Under the pieces are notes generated by a model that saw only the letters and a program-made list of their open reading frames with translations, was not told the DNA's origin and made no database searches. 40,618 nucleotides of DNA, taken from IMG/VR virus record IMGVR_UViG_2718218168_000006. The stretch is one strand, 5' to 3'. Below are positions 10,664 through 20,363 of this stretch, piece after piece. How positions within the stretch are numbered: position 1 is the first letter of the stretch; every line of letters begins with the position of its first letter. This stretch comes from a virus. Taxonomy: Duplodnaviria > Heunggongvirae > Uroviricota > Caudoviricetes. A program made the position numbers and the translations under genes.

Positions 10664-13600
10664 TGCATAATCCTCCGTCCCGACGTGATGACTGCATAAT
10701 TGACACAACCCTGCTGTCGATCAGATCCACCAGTCCCCTGGCTGAGCGCGCATCTATCTCGCCATTGCTCCCTTGATTCTGAATGCTGATGTGATACACG
10801 GGAGAATAAACAAATCCACCGCCACCATTCACATTTCCAATGGCCCTGACCCCAAGAGAGCCGTCCGCTGCCCGTGTCAGTGGCATGATTGCTTCAGGCC
10901 CGGCCTCGCCCATCAGCCCGGCACCTTTCGCAAAAGCAAAATACGTCGGGGTATCCACAATGGTGTTACTGTAAGCACTCAGATTTGCCGATGTATAAAC
11001 ACCACCTTTTGCGTTTGCCACTGCACCGGAAAGCCAGTCGCCGACTGTACCAAGCCATCCTCCGGCACCGGACATGCTTTTGGAAAGTGACTTCAGCCCG
11101 TTAACGATGGCAGCGTTCATCAGAATTTTTGAAACTTCCTGGAGAATTGAACTCCCCCAGTTTCTCCAGTCCACAACATTTCCGGCCAGTGCATCGGAAA
11201 TATTTGATACCAGCCCGTCCATAGTGGAAACGACAGCATCTGCCGCCTGCGAAGCATAATCGGTGGCACTGTCTGCCCAGTTCGTCAGTCCCTCCTGGAG
11301 TCCGGCATTCCAGTTACTGCGTAAAGCATCAGCCTTTGCATAATAATCCTGCTGATCGCTGAGACGCTCTTCCAGATATTTTTCATTCAGAGATTTTTCC
11401 TGTTTCCACAGGGCTTCTTCAATTTCTCCGGCCTGATACTGTCTCAGTAGCTCGTTATTTTTCTGCTCAAACTCCTGCCGGATGCTCCACATTTCCTGAA
11501 GTCGTTCACGCATCCGTGAGCCTTCACCATATCCCAGTAACTGAGCCTCATTTGATGCTCTGACACTGGCATTACTGTCCGCCAGACTGCTCTCATACGC
11601 AGCAAGCTGCTCACGAATCTTTTTCTGGTCGATGAGTGCTGCATTCTGCAAAAGCGTTTTTTTCTGCGCTTCTGACAGGGTTGATAATTCGCCCTGGCTG
11701 ACCTGATATTTCATCTTAGCCAGTTCAGTATTCTGCCCTGCCAGTGCTATTTGTTCTTTTTGCTGTTTAATCAGCCGTTTATAAATATCTTCTGTTTTTT
11801 CCGCTTCGGTCTTTTTATGCGCTTTTGGTTTATTTGCCTGGTTATTTCGCCAGGCATCCAGTGAGTTATTGATATAATTCTGTCTGGCTGTCTGATACGC
11901 CTCTCCCACAAAGCCGAGATCATCCGCAGCATAACCCAGGCGGGCACGCTCACGGGCTTCCCCCTTCAGGCGGGACAGAGCCAGTTCGCGCTCGCTGTTA
12001 TTCAGTGCGGTCTGCTGTTTATCATCCAAGGTTGCCTGTGGTAGCCGTAACGGTACATTCACCAGCCCCTGTCGCTGCTGAAGTAATTCATTACCGAGCC
12101 CGAGAAGGCGATTAAACTCGGTATGCTGCCCATTCATGATCAACAGGGACTGATACGCTTTGTTTTGTTCCGCTGCCTGTTGACGGATCAACGCCACCCG
12201 TCGCTCCTCCAGCCCGGCAAGCACATCCTGAATGGATTGCGCTTTGCCCTGCATTTGAGTGAGGCGAGACTGTTCAACTGCCAGTTGATTTGTTGCTTCT
12301 GCAAGCCCTTCTGTGACAGTTTTTACCGACGTCATGTGGTTAATCATAAAACCGTTATCGGTTGTCCAGCCCGGGTTTGCCAGCACATACTGATAGCCAG
12401 CAATTTTTTCCTGTAAGGATTTAATCTTACTTTTCTGCTCGTCAATTAACCTGTTTTGCTCCTTCAGTGCCTGTCGCGTCTTTTCCTCATTATCTGACGC
12501 TTCAGGAAGCGACATTGCCGACGTTTTCTGGCGAATTTCGTCGATTGTTGCGGCATACTGTCGTGCAGATTCTCTGGCCTGCTCCTGATTCTGATACATC
12601 GTGTACCAGGCCGCAGCCCCCAGCATGACGAGTCCCGGCACACCACCAACCAGCCCCAGCGCGCCACTTAATAAACGACTCCCCACTGACGTAACATTAT
12701 TCAGCGTTGTCTGTGCCGCTGTTCTGGCCGCAATATTACGGGTAAGTGACACCTGGGTAGCTGTCAGCTTCGCTTCTGCTGCGGCCTGCCTTTCGGTACC
12801 GCGAGCAGCAACAACCGCCTGTTGCGCACGATAAACCGCCGCACGCGCCCTGGCGGTTGCTATCTGTGTCCCCCGAAGTTGCACTTCAGCAAGAGCCACT
12901 TCGTTTCTGGCTGCAGTAATTAATCCGGCAGTTGCAGATCCAGCAGACGACGCCATATTGCCAAAATATCGGGCTACCCCGACGGCAACCAGAGCACCAG
13001 CAGCGGTTGCCACGGTGTCAATATTGCCTGCAATACCATTCAGCACACCGGAGAGCGTCTTCGTCACTCCGCTTGCCTCGTTCGCACCACCAACCCAGGC
13101 CATAAAGGCGTTTTCAACTTTGGTTGCAGAGGATGAAACCGTATCAGGCATTGCTGCATATTCATCACGCAACGCCCCAAGCTGACTAATCAGTGCAGGA
13201 ACAACCTTATCGGCGGTCAGTTTTCCGTTATCCGCCATGGCCTTCAGATCCTTACGGGCAACCCCATTCCCGCAGCCAGCGCACGAATAACACGATCGCC
13301 GTTCTCATTCACCGAGTTAAACTCTTCACCGCGCAGCACTCCCTGCGCCAGTGCCTGACTGAACTGCGTGATCACCGAACTGGCTTCTGCTGTACTGGCA
13401 CCGGATAATTTCAGGCCCGTGGAGATCGCCTCGGTGACTTTCAGTACCTCCTCAGAACTGTAACCATACTCCCGCATGGAAGCTGCAGAACGGGCAAAAA
13501 GGCTGGCGTTATCAGAAAACGCCGTCCCCGTTCTCTGGCTGATCGCCATTAATTCACGCTGTGATGACTGAAAATCATCACTGGACTGTGAGGCCTGCTT

Positions 13601-13900
13601 CAGACGGGCATTTACTGAATTCCACTCATCGGCGAGAGAAATAAGATGACCGGTAGCAAAAGCCCCGGCAAATGCCCCCGCCATGTTCAGTGCCGAAGAT
13701 TTAGCTGTATTTATCTGATCCGTCACTTCTGCCAGTGCACGCCGCATTTCACGGGATGCAGCAGCGGACTGTCGGCCTCCGTTCTGCATGGTACGGTAGT
13801 AATCCTGCCCCATACGCGAAGCCCGGGAGATCTCTGACTGGAATGACCGGGAATTTGCCGAGATTTTAATAATCAGTTCACGTAATGTCGCCACACTCAT
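10656..13900 (-). pseudogene. H: tail tape measure protein H, split by a frameshift into 218 aa and 860 aa ORFs
   Basis: ORF 13244..13900 (..GEEFNSVNENGDRVIRALAAGMG) and ORF 10656..13238 (MADNGKLTADKVVPALISQ..) are contiguous tape-measure segments separated by 5 nt; the downstream frame is open upstream and reads through a C-run near 13252. Confidence 0.8.
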
Positions 13901-13908
13901 TCTCCGGA

Positions 13909-13932
13909 CGAAAAAAAACCGCCGAAGCGGTT
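13909..13932 (-). terminator. terminator-like hairpin plus U-run between GT and H
   Basis: aaccgc-cgaa-gcggtt hairpin with an 8-nt A-run on the plus strand (U-run on the minus transcript), directly upstream of the H RBS. Confidence 0.35.
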
Positions 13933-13940
13933 ATGTTGAC

Positions 13941-14241
13941 TCACTGAGACACTATTAAAAGCGCGTTTTCCAGTCCAGCAAATGGATCTGATACGCCTTC
14001 TGTCTGCTCCTTCTCCCACTGAAGAAGCGCATCATTCAGTGGCACTTTGACCCCCTGCGCACCGTAAACAGCTGAAACAATCTGGGCAGCCCGGATATCA
14101 GCCCGTTCGTCCCCCAGCGGGCTGAACCTGTCAAATTCTGCCCACATCATGATTTCTGATGCGGACATTTCCCGGCGTAACTCTGACAATGTGCGCCCCA
14201 TCCTGAGCGCCAGCATCATCAGAAAACGCATCCCCGGAAGC
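13941..14241 (-). CDS. T: T segment of tail assembly chaperone GT, expressed by programmed -1 frameshift from G
   Basis: 96 aa ORF in the -1 frame relative to G, beginning just after the slippery heptamer at the G 3-prime end. Confidence 0.7.
14232..14240 (-). other. programmed -1 ribosomal frameshift site (slippery A AAA AAG) at G/T junction
   Basis: Minus-strand sequence GTT AAA AAA AAG TAG; slipping -1 joins ..GEVKKK to VALPGMRFLMML.. (the T frame); analogous to lambda G-T. Confidence 0.6.
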
Positions 14242-14242
14242 G

Positions 14243-14613
14243 CTACTTTTTTTTAACCTCGCCGGCATCACTGATTAGTTCCAGAGACTGCCGAAGAAGC
14301 CGCGCATGCACCGGGCCATACACGGCAATCACCTGTTCACGATCATCCTCTGAAAATACAGGTTGCAGTCCGGTATCACACAGAACATCGATGAACAGTT
14401 CAACATCCGCTTCCAGATTTCGGCGGGCGCGCTCCGCAACGGATAACGGTGTCTCATCATCTTTTGCTTTAACGATCTCCTGCCAGCGCAACCAGGCTTC
14501 TGCAGAAGGTTCCCGTAATACAACCGTTGCCCCTCCCATTCAGGCACATCAACAGTTTTATGGCGAAACCCCGACATCGTTGCCAGTGCCAGATTACGGA
14601 TATTTTTAGTCAT
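14243..14613 (-). pseudogene. G: tail assembly chaperone G, with an additional non-programmed frameshift near its N-terminus
   Basis: Track ORFs 14329..14628 (..MTKNIRNLALATMSGFRHKTVDVPEWEG) and 14243..14539 (GATVVLREPSAEAWLRW..GEVKKK) overlap in different frames; join at a C-run near 14530; ATG at 14613 has a GAGGA RBS. Confidence 0.75.
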
Positions 14614-14627
14614 CACATCTATCCTCA

Positions 14628-15332
14628 TTAACTGACGGTAACAGTGCAGGAAGTAGAGGTCACTTTGTTAACAGGGCTTGCTGAATCAGAAATCTCGCAG
14701 GTATATGCACCCGCATCACCGGATACTGCCGATGCCTTACTGAACGTTGCCGCCGTCTGTCCGGAAACAGGAGAACCACCTTTCTTCCAGACATAAGAAT
14801 AAGGCGGCACACCACCCGCAGCCTCAACCGCCATTTCAAGTTTCGATCCGGAAGCAACCCGCAGCGTGCTTTTTAAATCGACCTTCACTTTCAGCGGCTC
14901 TGTCGTCAGCACAGGTTTACCTTTCAGGCGCAGAGAAAACGTTGCAGCCACAACACCATTGGTTCCTGCAGACCAGGTATGCTGACGCACCTCTGCCATA
15001 AAGGTAAATCCGTTTCCTGACGGAAAAATAACTTTAAAGCCATACGTGGTGTCATTGTCATAGGCACTGCGCAACGCGTTCTGGGCAGCATTGAGGTAAA
15101 AGTTGCCTGACATGGAAATCTCTGACGCGGCACCAAGACCGTTAATATTTTCCTGCTCAACAGAACACAGCGTGGTGACATCAATATCCTGCTTTTGTCC
15201 TGCGGTAAACTGCACCTCTTTGATTGTACAGCTCAGACCAAGATAGCTGGCAGAATCCAGGGTTTCTGCTGTTACCGGTGCAGACGAAATCATAATTTTC
15301 GTCAGTTGCGAACGCTCAAAATTAGAGGACAT
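14628..15332 (-). CDS. V: major tail protein V with C-terminal Ig-like domain
   Basis: ORF MSSNFERSQLTKIMISSAPVTAETLDSASYLG.., ATG at 15332 preceded by AGGAGA; C-terminal region resembles a Big_2-type Ig domain. Confidence 0.85.
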   Translation of the reverse strand: MSSNFERSQLTKIMISSAPVTAETLDSASYLGLSCTIKEVQFTAGQKQDIDVTTLCSVEQENINGLGAASEISMSGNFYLNAAQNALRSAYDNDTTYGFKVIFPSGNGFTFMAEVRQHTWSAGTNGVVAATFSLRLKGKPVLTTEPLKVKVDLKSTLRVASGSKLEMAVEAAGGVPPYSYVWKKGGSPVSGQTAATFSKASAVSGDAGAYTCEISDSASPVNKVTSTSCTVTVS

Positions 15333-15344
15333 ACTCGTCTCCTG

Positions 15345-15370
15345 AAAATAAAAAACCCGCCAGCGGCGGG
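15345..15370 (-). terminator. terminator-like hairpin upstream of V
   Basis: acccgcc-agc-ggcgggt hairpin followed on the minus strand by a T-run, between tail terminator gene and V. Confidence 0.4.
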
Positions 15371-15391
15371 TGGGTAAAATCATTAACGACC

Positions 15392-15736
15392 TCAGGCTAT
15401 TACCTGAAATTCAAGCGTGGCTCTGCTCAGACGGGAATCAGGATCATAACCCTGAGTTTTAGAAATAACGGAGGGTGCAAGTTGCCTTACCGCATCAAGC
15501 GCCTGCTCACGGATATCATCTGCGTCATCAGGTACTGTTGCCCAGACATCGATCTGCACGGTAATTCTGGATTCAGCCTGACCATCAAGCACATCAGACG
15601 CAGTGTCAGACACCACAGAAAATACCAGCCATGGCGGAGATACCGCAGGCTTTCCCTCCGTCAGCGGGACCACATAAGGATAAACCTGTCCTCCGGCCAG
15701 TTGAGACAGCAGGGAATACAGTGTGGTCTCTCTCAT
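15392..15736 (-). CDS. tail completion / tail terminator-like protein (HK97-type neck module)
   Basis: 114 aa ORF in conserved position immediately upstream of the major tail gene; overlaps the preceding gene by 4 nt. Confidence 0.6.
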   Translation of the reverse strand: MRETTLYSLLSQLAGGQVYPYVVPLTEGKPAVSPPWLVFSVVSDTASDVLDGQAESRITVQIDVWATVPDDADDIREQALDAVRQLAPSVISKTQGYDPDSRLSRATLEFQVIA

Positions 15737-16182
15737 TTACTTAAGACCTCATCAATAGCCTGATTCATTCGCTGTATGGCAATCTGTGCTGCCAGTTCCT
15801 CTGTCGTATCGAAAGCCGGGCGAATGAACGGATGCGCGGGCATGTTTATCGTTCCCAGCTCCACAAAGCGCCAGTAAAACGCATTTCGGGGATCACTGGC
15901 TTTCATGCTGTTATCACTGTTTCCGGTTCGCAGGTTCCGTCCACGAATGTGGACACCCGAGATAATTTCCCCCCGACGCTTTGAACGCTGAGTGAGAACA
16001 ACCACATTTTTCTTCAGTTTCCCGGTTCGCTCCGGCGCACGTTCAACAACTGCATCCCGCATAACTTCAGCACCGGCACGGGTGGCATCGCGCAGTACCT
16101 TATTGTTTTCTGCCCTGCTGAGCGTCTCCAGATCCCGTGCAATATCCGCCAGACCTGAAAAATCAAGACTGAAATCCATCAC
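15733..16182 (-). CDS. HK97 gp10-family head-tail joining protein
   Basis: 149 aa ORF in the neck module; translationally coupled to neighbours. Confidence 0.6.
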   Translation of the reverse strand: MMDFSLDFSGLADIARDLETLSRAENNKVLRDATRAGAEVMRDAVVERAPERTGKLKKNVVVLTQRSKRRGEIISGVHIRGRNLRTGNSDNSMKASDPRNAFYWRFVELGTINMPAHPFIRPAFDTTEELAAQIAIQRMNQAIDEVLSK

Positions 16183-16517
16183 ACATTCCCCTTCTGAGAA
16201 CAGAGTATCTCAAGCCGTGTGGCACGAGCATCCGGTATCGGCGGACCGTCTATACTCAGAATCGCGCCTTTGAATGCACCAGTCAGCACTTTCAGACATG
16301 AAGTTGCTGTTACATCTCGCCGGAATCTCATCCAGACCCTCACTGTAGCCTGAGCAGTTTCTGCGCCTCCGGATATTCTCTCCCTGCCACTGATCCCCTT
16401 AACTTCTGCCCATATGGTTGCCCCCTCCGTCATTGTTTCCACAGGGTGCCCTGACGGAGACCGAACGGTGGTGGCATTCAGAATAACCACACGATCACGT
16501 AATCTTCCTGCCTGCAT
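16179..16517 (-). CDS. head closure / head-tail adaptor protein
   Basis: 112 aa ORF in neck module position, 4-nt overlap with the downstream gene. Confidence 0.6.
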   Translation of the reverse strand: MQAGRLRDRVVILNATTVRSPSGHPVETMTEGATIWAEVKGISGRERISGGAETAQATVRVWMRFRRDVTATSCLKVLTGAFKGAILSIDGPPIPDARATRLEILCSQKGNV

Positions 16518-16525
16518 GAATCCTC

Positions 16526-16831
16526 CTATGTTCCGGGATGAAATCGATACATCCGCAGTCCGGTATAGAAAAAATCAGGCACTGCATCCTGCATTTCCCT
16601 GTTCTCGTACCAGTAGCCAACCAGTTGCATAAGACGCAGTTTTATCAGAGGTGTTATTACAAGCCCGGTCGTATCCTGCTCAGAAACAGTTTCATCGTAA
16701 AGCGTCCGGTTTAAAAACTTTTCAGCCTCTTCCCTGGCAGCAGCCAGATACATCATAAGAAGAGAATTCTCCTGTTCATTGTCATCATCAATCCGGCACT
16801 GAACACGAAGCTCTTCCAGAGTGGGCATCAT
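16526..16831 (-). CDS. head-tail connector protein (gp6-like)
   Basis: 101 aa ORF following the capsid gene; typical size and position. Confidence 0.6.
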   Translation of the reverse strand: MMPTLEELRVQCRIDDDNEQENSLLMMYLAAAREEAEKFLNRTLYDETVSEQDTTGLVITPLIKLRLMQLVGYWYENREMQDAVPDFFYTGLRMYRFHPGT

Positions 16832-16842
16832 TTGGGCAACCT

Positions 16843-17031
16843 CTATGAATGCTGTTTTTTAGACTTATCAGCCCCCCGCGCAACAGGTGTTCTCTTATCA
16901 GAGACAATCCCAGCTGCAGTGGCAATTTCGCGTACCCGTTCGGGTAATTCTTTATCTTCATACTCACCGGCCCGAATAATCTCAACACGCATACCGTCCG
17001 GTGACCATTTCAGATCTTGTTTCAGGATCAT
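16843..17031 (-). CDS. small hypothetical phage protein
   Basis: 62 aa ORF tightly packed between capsid and connector genes with no overlap conflicts. Confidence 0.4.
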   Translation of the reverse strand: MILKQDLKWSPDGMRVEIIRAGEYEDKELPERVREIATAAGIVSDKRTPVARGADKSKKQHS

Positions 17032-17081
17032 GATTCTTTCACCTGTCAGAACAGGGGCGCACTTCTGCGCCCCCTGAATGA

Positions 17082-18287
17082 TTACGCTGCTGCAATCTTC
17101 AGCAGTTTGATGGCCTGCGAATCGACCAGCATCCCGCCGGTGCGCTTGGTGGTATAAAAACCGACAAACGGTTTATTGGTGTACGGGTCACGCAGAATGC
17201 GGGTGCCGATACGGTCAACGATGGTGTAACCCCGTTTGAAGTTACCAAATGCAATGGCTTTCGCATCAGCGGCGATATCCGGCATCTGTTCGTTTTCAGC
17301 GATACCGTAACCCGCCAGAGAGGACGGCTGCCCCAGTTCCAGCCCCGGACGCCACAGATAGTTACCCTCGCTGTCTTTAAGCAGACGGATGGCAAACAGG
17401 CTGTTGTTGTTCATCATGAACTTCGCGCCAGTGCGGTGTGCCTTACGCAGCGTGTAAATCAGTTTGATAATGGCATCTGCGGTCACTGCCGTCGCTTCGC
17501 CGGATACAATATGCTGAAGTTTGCCGAACGCCCGGACCTTGTCGGTTTCATCAGTGGACTCATACGCCAGGAACCCTTTCGGCTTCTTGGTACCATCGCC
17601 GGTGGTAAAGGCAATTTCTTCCTGTTCGGCAAATTCGGTTGCCAGCTCGCTGTTGATCCAGGCCTCCACGTTGAAGAAAGCATCATCCAGCATTTTCTGG
17701 GTGGCCTGCGGGTTACCGTAGATTTCCCCCATGAAAGGTTCAATCAGTCCCAGTTTTGAGGTGGCAGTCTGGGAGCGCGCGTCAGTCTCGCCAACCCATC
17801 CGGAAGCCGTGCCGCCCAGATTCACCAGTTTTTTGTAGTCGGAACCGCCAACGGTGATCACCGTGGCTTCCTGGCGCATCACCACTTCATCTTTCAGCAG
17901 ATTGAGAATGTTGCGATCCAGTTCTTCCGGCACGGCATAGCCGCCGTCTTCATCGGTGCCCACCTGTAATGCCTTACGCTCCAGATCGCGCAGACCATCT
18001 TCACGGCCTTTACGCAGGAAGCCCACAAACGCTTCTTTATGCTCGGTGGCCAGTTTATTTTGCGCACCACCTGCCGGACGTTTCAGCTCAAGCAGCTCTT
18101 TTTCAAGATCGCTTTTGAGATTTTCCAGCTCGCTGAGTTTTCCGTTCAGGGTTTCCACCTGCCCGGCAAGTTTGCCTTTTTCCTGCTCAATCGCCTCAAC
18201 GCGCTTGTCGTTCTTTGCTTTGAAGTCGTCAAACTTCTGCTGCAGCTCCTGCGCGACCTGTTCGACATCTTTAATATCAACCGCCAT
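17082..18287 (-). CDS. major capsid protein (HK97 gp5 fold)
   Basis: 401 aa ORF with N-terminal coiled-coil delta domain (MAVDIKDVEQVAQELQQKFDDFKAKNDK..) followed by capsid domain; follows protease. Confidence 0.9.
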   Translation of the reverse strand: MAVDIKDVEQVAQELQQKFDDFKAKNDKRVEAIEQEKGKLAGQVETLNGKLSELENLKSDLEKELLELKRPAGGAQNKLATEHKEAFVGFLRKGREDGLRDLERKALQVGTDEDGGYAVPEELDRNILNLLKDEVVMRQEATVITVGGSDYKKLVNLGGTASGWVGETDARSQTATSKLGLIEPFMGEIYGNPQATQKMLDDAFFNVEAWINSELATEFAEQEEIAFTTGDGTKKPKGFLAYESTDETDKVRAFGKLQHIVSGEATAVTADAIIKLIYTLRKAHRTGAKFMMNNNSLFAIRLLKDSEGNYLWRPGLELGQPSSLAGYGIAENEQMPDIAADAKAIAFGNFKRGYTIVDRIGTRILRDPYTNKPFVGFYTTKRTGGMLVDSQAIKLLKIAAA

Positions 18288-18327
18288 CGTATTTCTCCTG
18301 ATTAGAAGTTCAGATTTTTCAGTGCAT

Positions 18328-18951
18328 TCAGTGCAGAGCCCACATCCTCAGCGTCGCGCAGGGACAGTGCGCCATAGCCCCGGCCATGAATGCTTTGGCC
18401 TGGGTACGGGAGAGTCCGACATCACGCAGGACTCTTTCGATTTTTTTCTGTTCGGGGATTTCCCCGCGGGCCAGTGCGTTCTTGACGTCGCTGATCCGCG
18501 CCTCGTCGTTAGACGGGAACGTCACCAGGCTGACTTCCCAGAGGTCGATTTCTTTCAGCAGAAAGGCTTCTTTGCTCCGGTCGTATTCCCAGTCTTTCAG
18601 GACGTACCCAATAGAAAGGCCGGTTAACGAACCGGCCTTCATGTGTGCATGTGCGCGTTTTGCGAGGGGATCATCATCAATAAGCAACCGTCCCCTGACG
18701 TAAAGCCCGACATCGTCTTCCTTCATTTCGGTGTAAACACCGATGGGTTCATCCATGCGGTGCTGCCAGAGCAGCGCAGGTAACGCTTTTCTGTCACTCC
18801 ACGCCCGCAGGGAAGCAGCAAATGCCCCGGACATCACCACATCATCGTGGCTGTCCTTTACACCAAAGACGGAGCCATACCCTTCAAACTCACCGGAGTC
18901 ACTGACAGATTTCAGACTCAGCGGTACATCAAGACGTTGTTTCGTCTGCAT
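18328..18951 (-). CDS. prohead protease (HK97 family); C-terminus possibly frameshifted
   Basis: ORF with protease-like core; ATG at about 18951 with AAGGA RBS overlapping the portal 3-prime end; an alternative frame from about 18355 gives a more protein-like tail (GYGALSLRDAEDVGSALNALKNLNF) ending at 18303. Confidence 0.75.
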   Translation of the reverse strand: MQTKQRLDVPLSLKSVSDSGEFEGYGSVFGVKDSHDDVVMSGAFAASLRAWSDRKALPALLWQHRMDEPIGVYTEMKEDDVGLYVRGRLLIDDDPLAKRAHAHMKAGSLTGLSIGYVLKDWEYDRSKEAFLLKEIDLWEVSLVTFPSNDEARISDVKNALARGEIPEQKKIERVLRDVGLSRTQAKAFMAGAMAHCPCATLRMWALH

Positions 18952-20170
18952 TGGCGTTATCCTTCTGCTTACCGGCTTTACTGCCATCGGAGGGTTTCGT
19001 GGTCATGTTCATCGGGGTGAGATAGACATCACCACCGGGACGCGGATTCATATCTTCCAGGTCGCGGCAGTCATTAGGAGAGTAAATTCCCCAGTTGATC
19101 CCGGTGGCGTAGGCTTCAAAACGGGACTTCATATCCCCGCGCAGTAACGCCCCGGCGTTAAATTTGGCGTAATAAACGCCCTGCTTACTTTTTCGTACCA
19201 GTCCGGTGTTGATCCGCTGCTCAATGCGGGTCAGATACGGCACCAGTGAATAGTTGATAAATCCCAGCCCCAGCTCTTCGATATTGTTGAAGGTGGCGCG
19301 ATCGGTGTTCTGCACCATGTGCAACGGCACCCGAAACAGACGACAGATTTCTTCAAGCTGAAACTTGCGGGTTTCCAGGAACTGGCTGTCCTCGGCGTTC
19401 AGCGCCATCGACTTCCAGTCCAGCCCCATCTCAAGGATCATCGGGCGGTGAGCATTGCCAAGCCCGGTGTGACGCTCCTCAAAATCTTTCTTCAGGCGCT
19501 CGTAAGCCTGATCTGACAGCGTCTGCTCTGTACGCAACACACCGGACGTCACCGCACCATTGCTGAACAGTCTGGCCCCGTGCTCTTCGGTCGCTGCCGC
19601 CAGCGATATTGCCTCGCGGGCATAGGCGATGGGATTCAGCCCCACCAGTCCGTCCAGCGTCAGCGTGCGCACATGCCAGATATCCTCCTGGCTCAGTACA
19701 TCCGTGGAGCCGTCCGGGAATGTGACCTGATAGACCGGCTCCCAGCTACTGTTAAGCTTCGGTACCACACAGCCAGGATCGACGGGCAGCAGTTCAGCCA
19801 CTTCGCCAAATGCTTTCACTTTGTAGGCGTAAAAGTTTCCCCTCAGGCACAGACAGGTGACCACCAGCTCCCAGAACTCCTGCGGCGTCATATATCCATT
19901 GGGATGCGTGGAGATCAGCTTATGCAGACGTTCGCCGGTGGCTCTCTGTTTCAGGCTGCCGTTCAGGTGATACAGATTGCAGGGCAACATCCCGACCGAC
20001 TCTGCCAGCACCCTGACGCAGGAAAAAACCGCCGTCAGTCGCATGGCCCGCTGGCTGCTGATCTGCTTTCCGGTATAGGTGTCGTATGACAGCCCGATAG
20101 CATCCGCCAGCTCTGCTGGCGTGGTCACCGGCGCGTCACTTTTTCGTTGAAATAATCCCGAAAAGAACAC
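18929..20170 (-). CDS. portal protein (HK97 family)
   Basis: 413 aa ORF between large terminase and protease; GTG start with GGAGG RBS. Confidence 0.85.
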   Translation of the reverse strand: MFFSGLFQRKSDAPVTTPAELADAIGLSYDTYTGKQISSQRAMRLTAVFSCVRVLAESVGMLPCNLYHLNGSLKQRATGERLHKLISTHPNGYMTPQEFWELVVTCLCLRGNFYAYKVKAFGEVAELLPVDPGCVVPKLNSSWEPVYQVTFPDGSTDVLSQEDIWHVRTLTLDGLVGLNPIAYAREAISLAAATEEHGARLFSNGAVTSGVLRTEQTLSDQAYERLKKDFEERHTGLGNAHRPMILEMGLDWKSMALNAEDSQFLETRKFQLEEICRLFRVPLHMVQNTDRATFNNIEELGLGFINYSLVPYLTRIEQRINTGLVRKSKQGVYYAKFNAGALLRGDMKSRFEAYATGINWGIYSPNDCRDLEDMNPRPGGDVYLTPMNMTTKPSDGSKAGKQKDNANADETTS

Positions 20171-20352
20171 TATTTACCTCCGCCGACAGACGGCTGTGTA
20201 CGGTCGAGATATCGCGCCACCAGCCACGACCAGAACAGGCACAGCGCCCCGGCAACAACAAAACCCGCCGGGGGATAAATCAGCCAGGCACCATACGCCA
20301 GCAAAAGCGCACCCAGCACGCCCACCAGTGGCGCGAGAATTATCAGAAACAT
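20170..20352 (-). CDS. small hydrophobic membrane protein
   Basis: 60 aa ORF with two predicted TM segments; ATG with GAGG RBS; stop overlaps portal start. Confidence 0.5.
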   Translation of the reverse strand: MFLIILAPLVGVLGALLLAYGAWLIYPPAGFVVAGALCLFWSWLVARYLDRTQPSVGGGK

Positions 20353-20363
20353 AATGACCTCGG

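Noticed and set aside
17956-18627. 223 aa plus-strand ORF
   Set aside because: Antisense to the major capsid and protease genes; Ser/Cys-rich low-complexity translation
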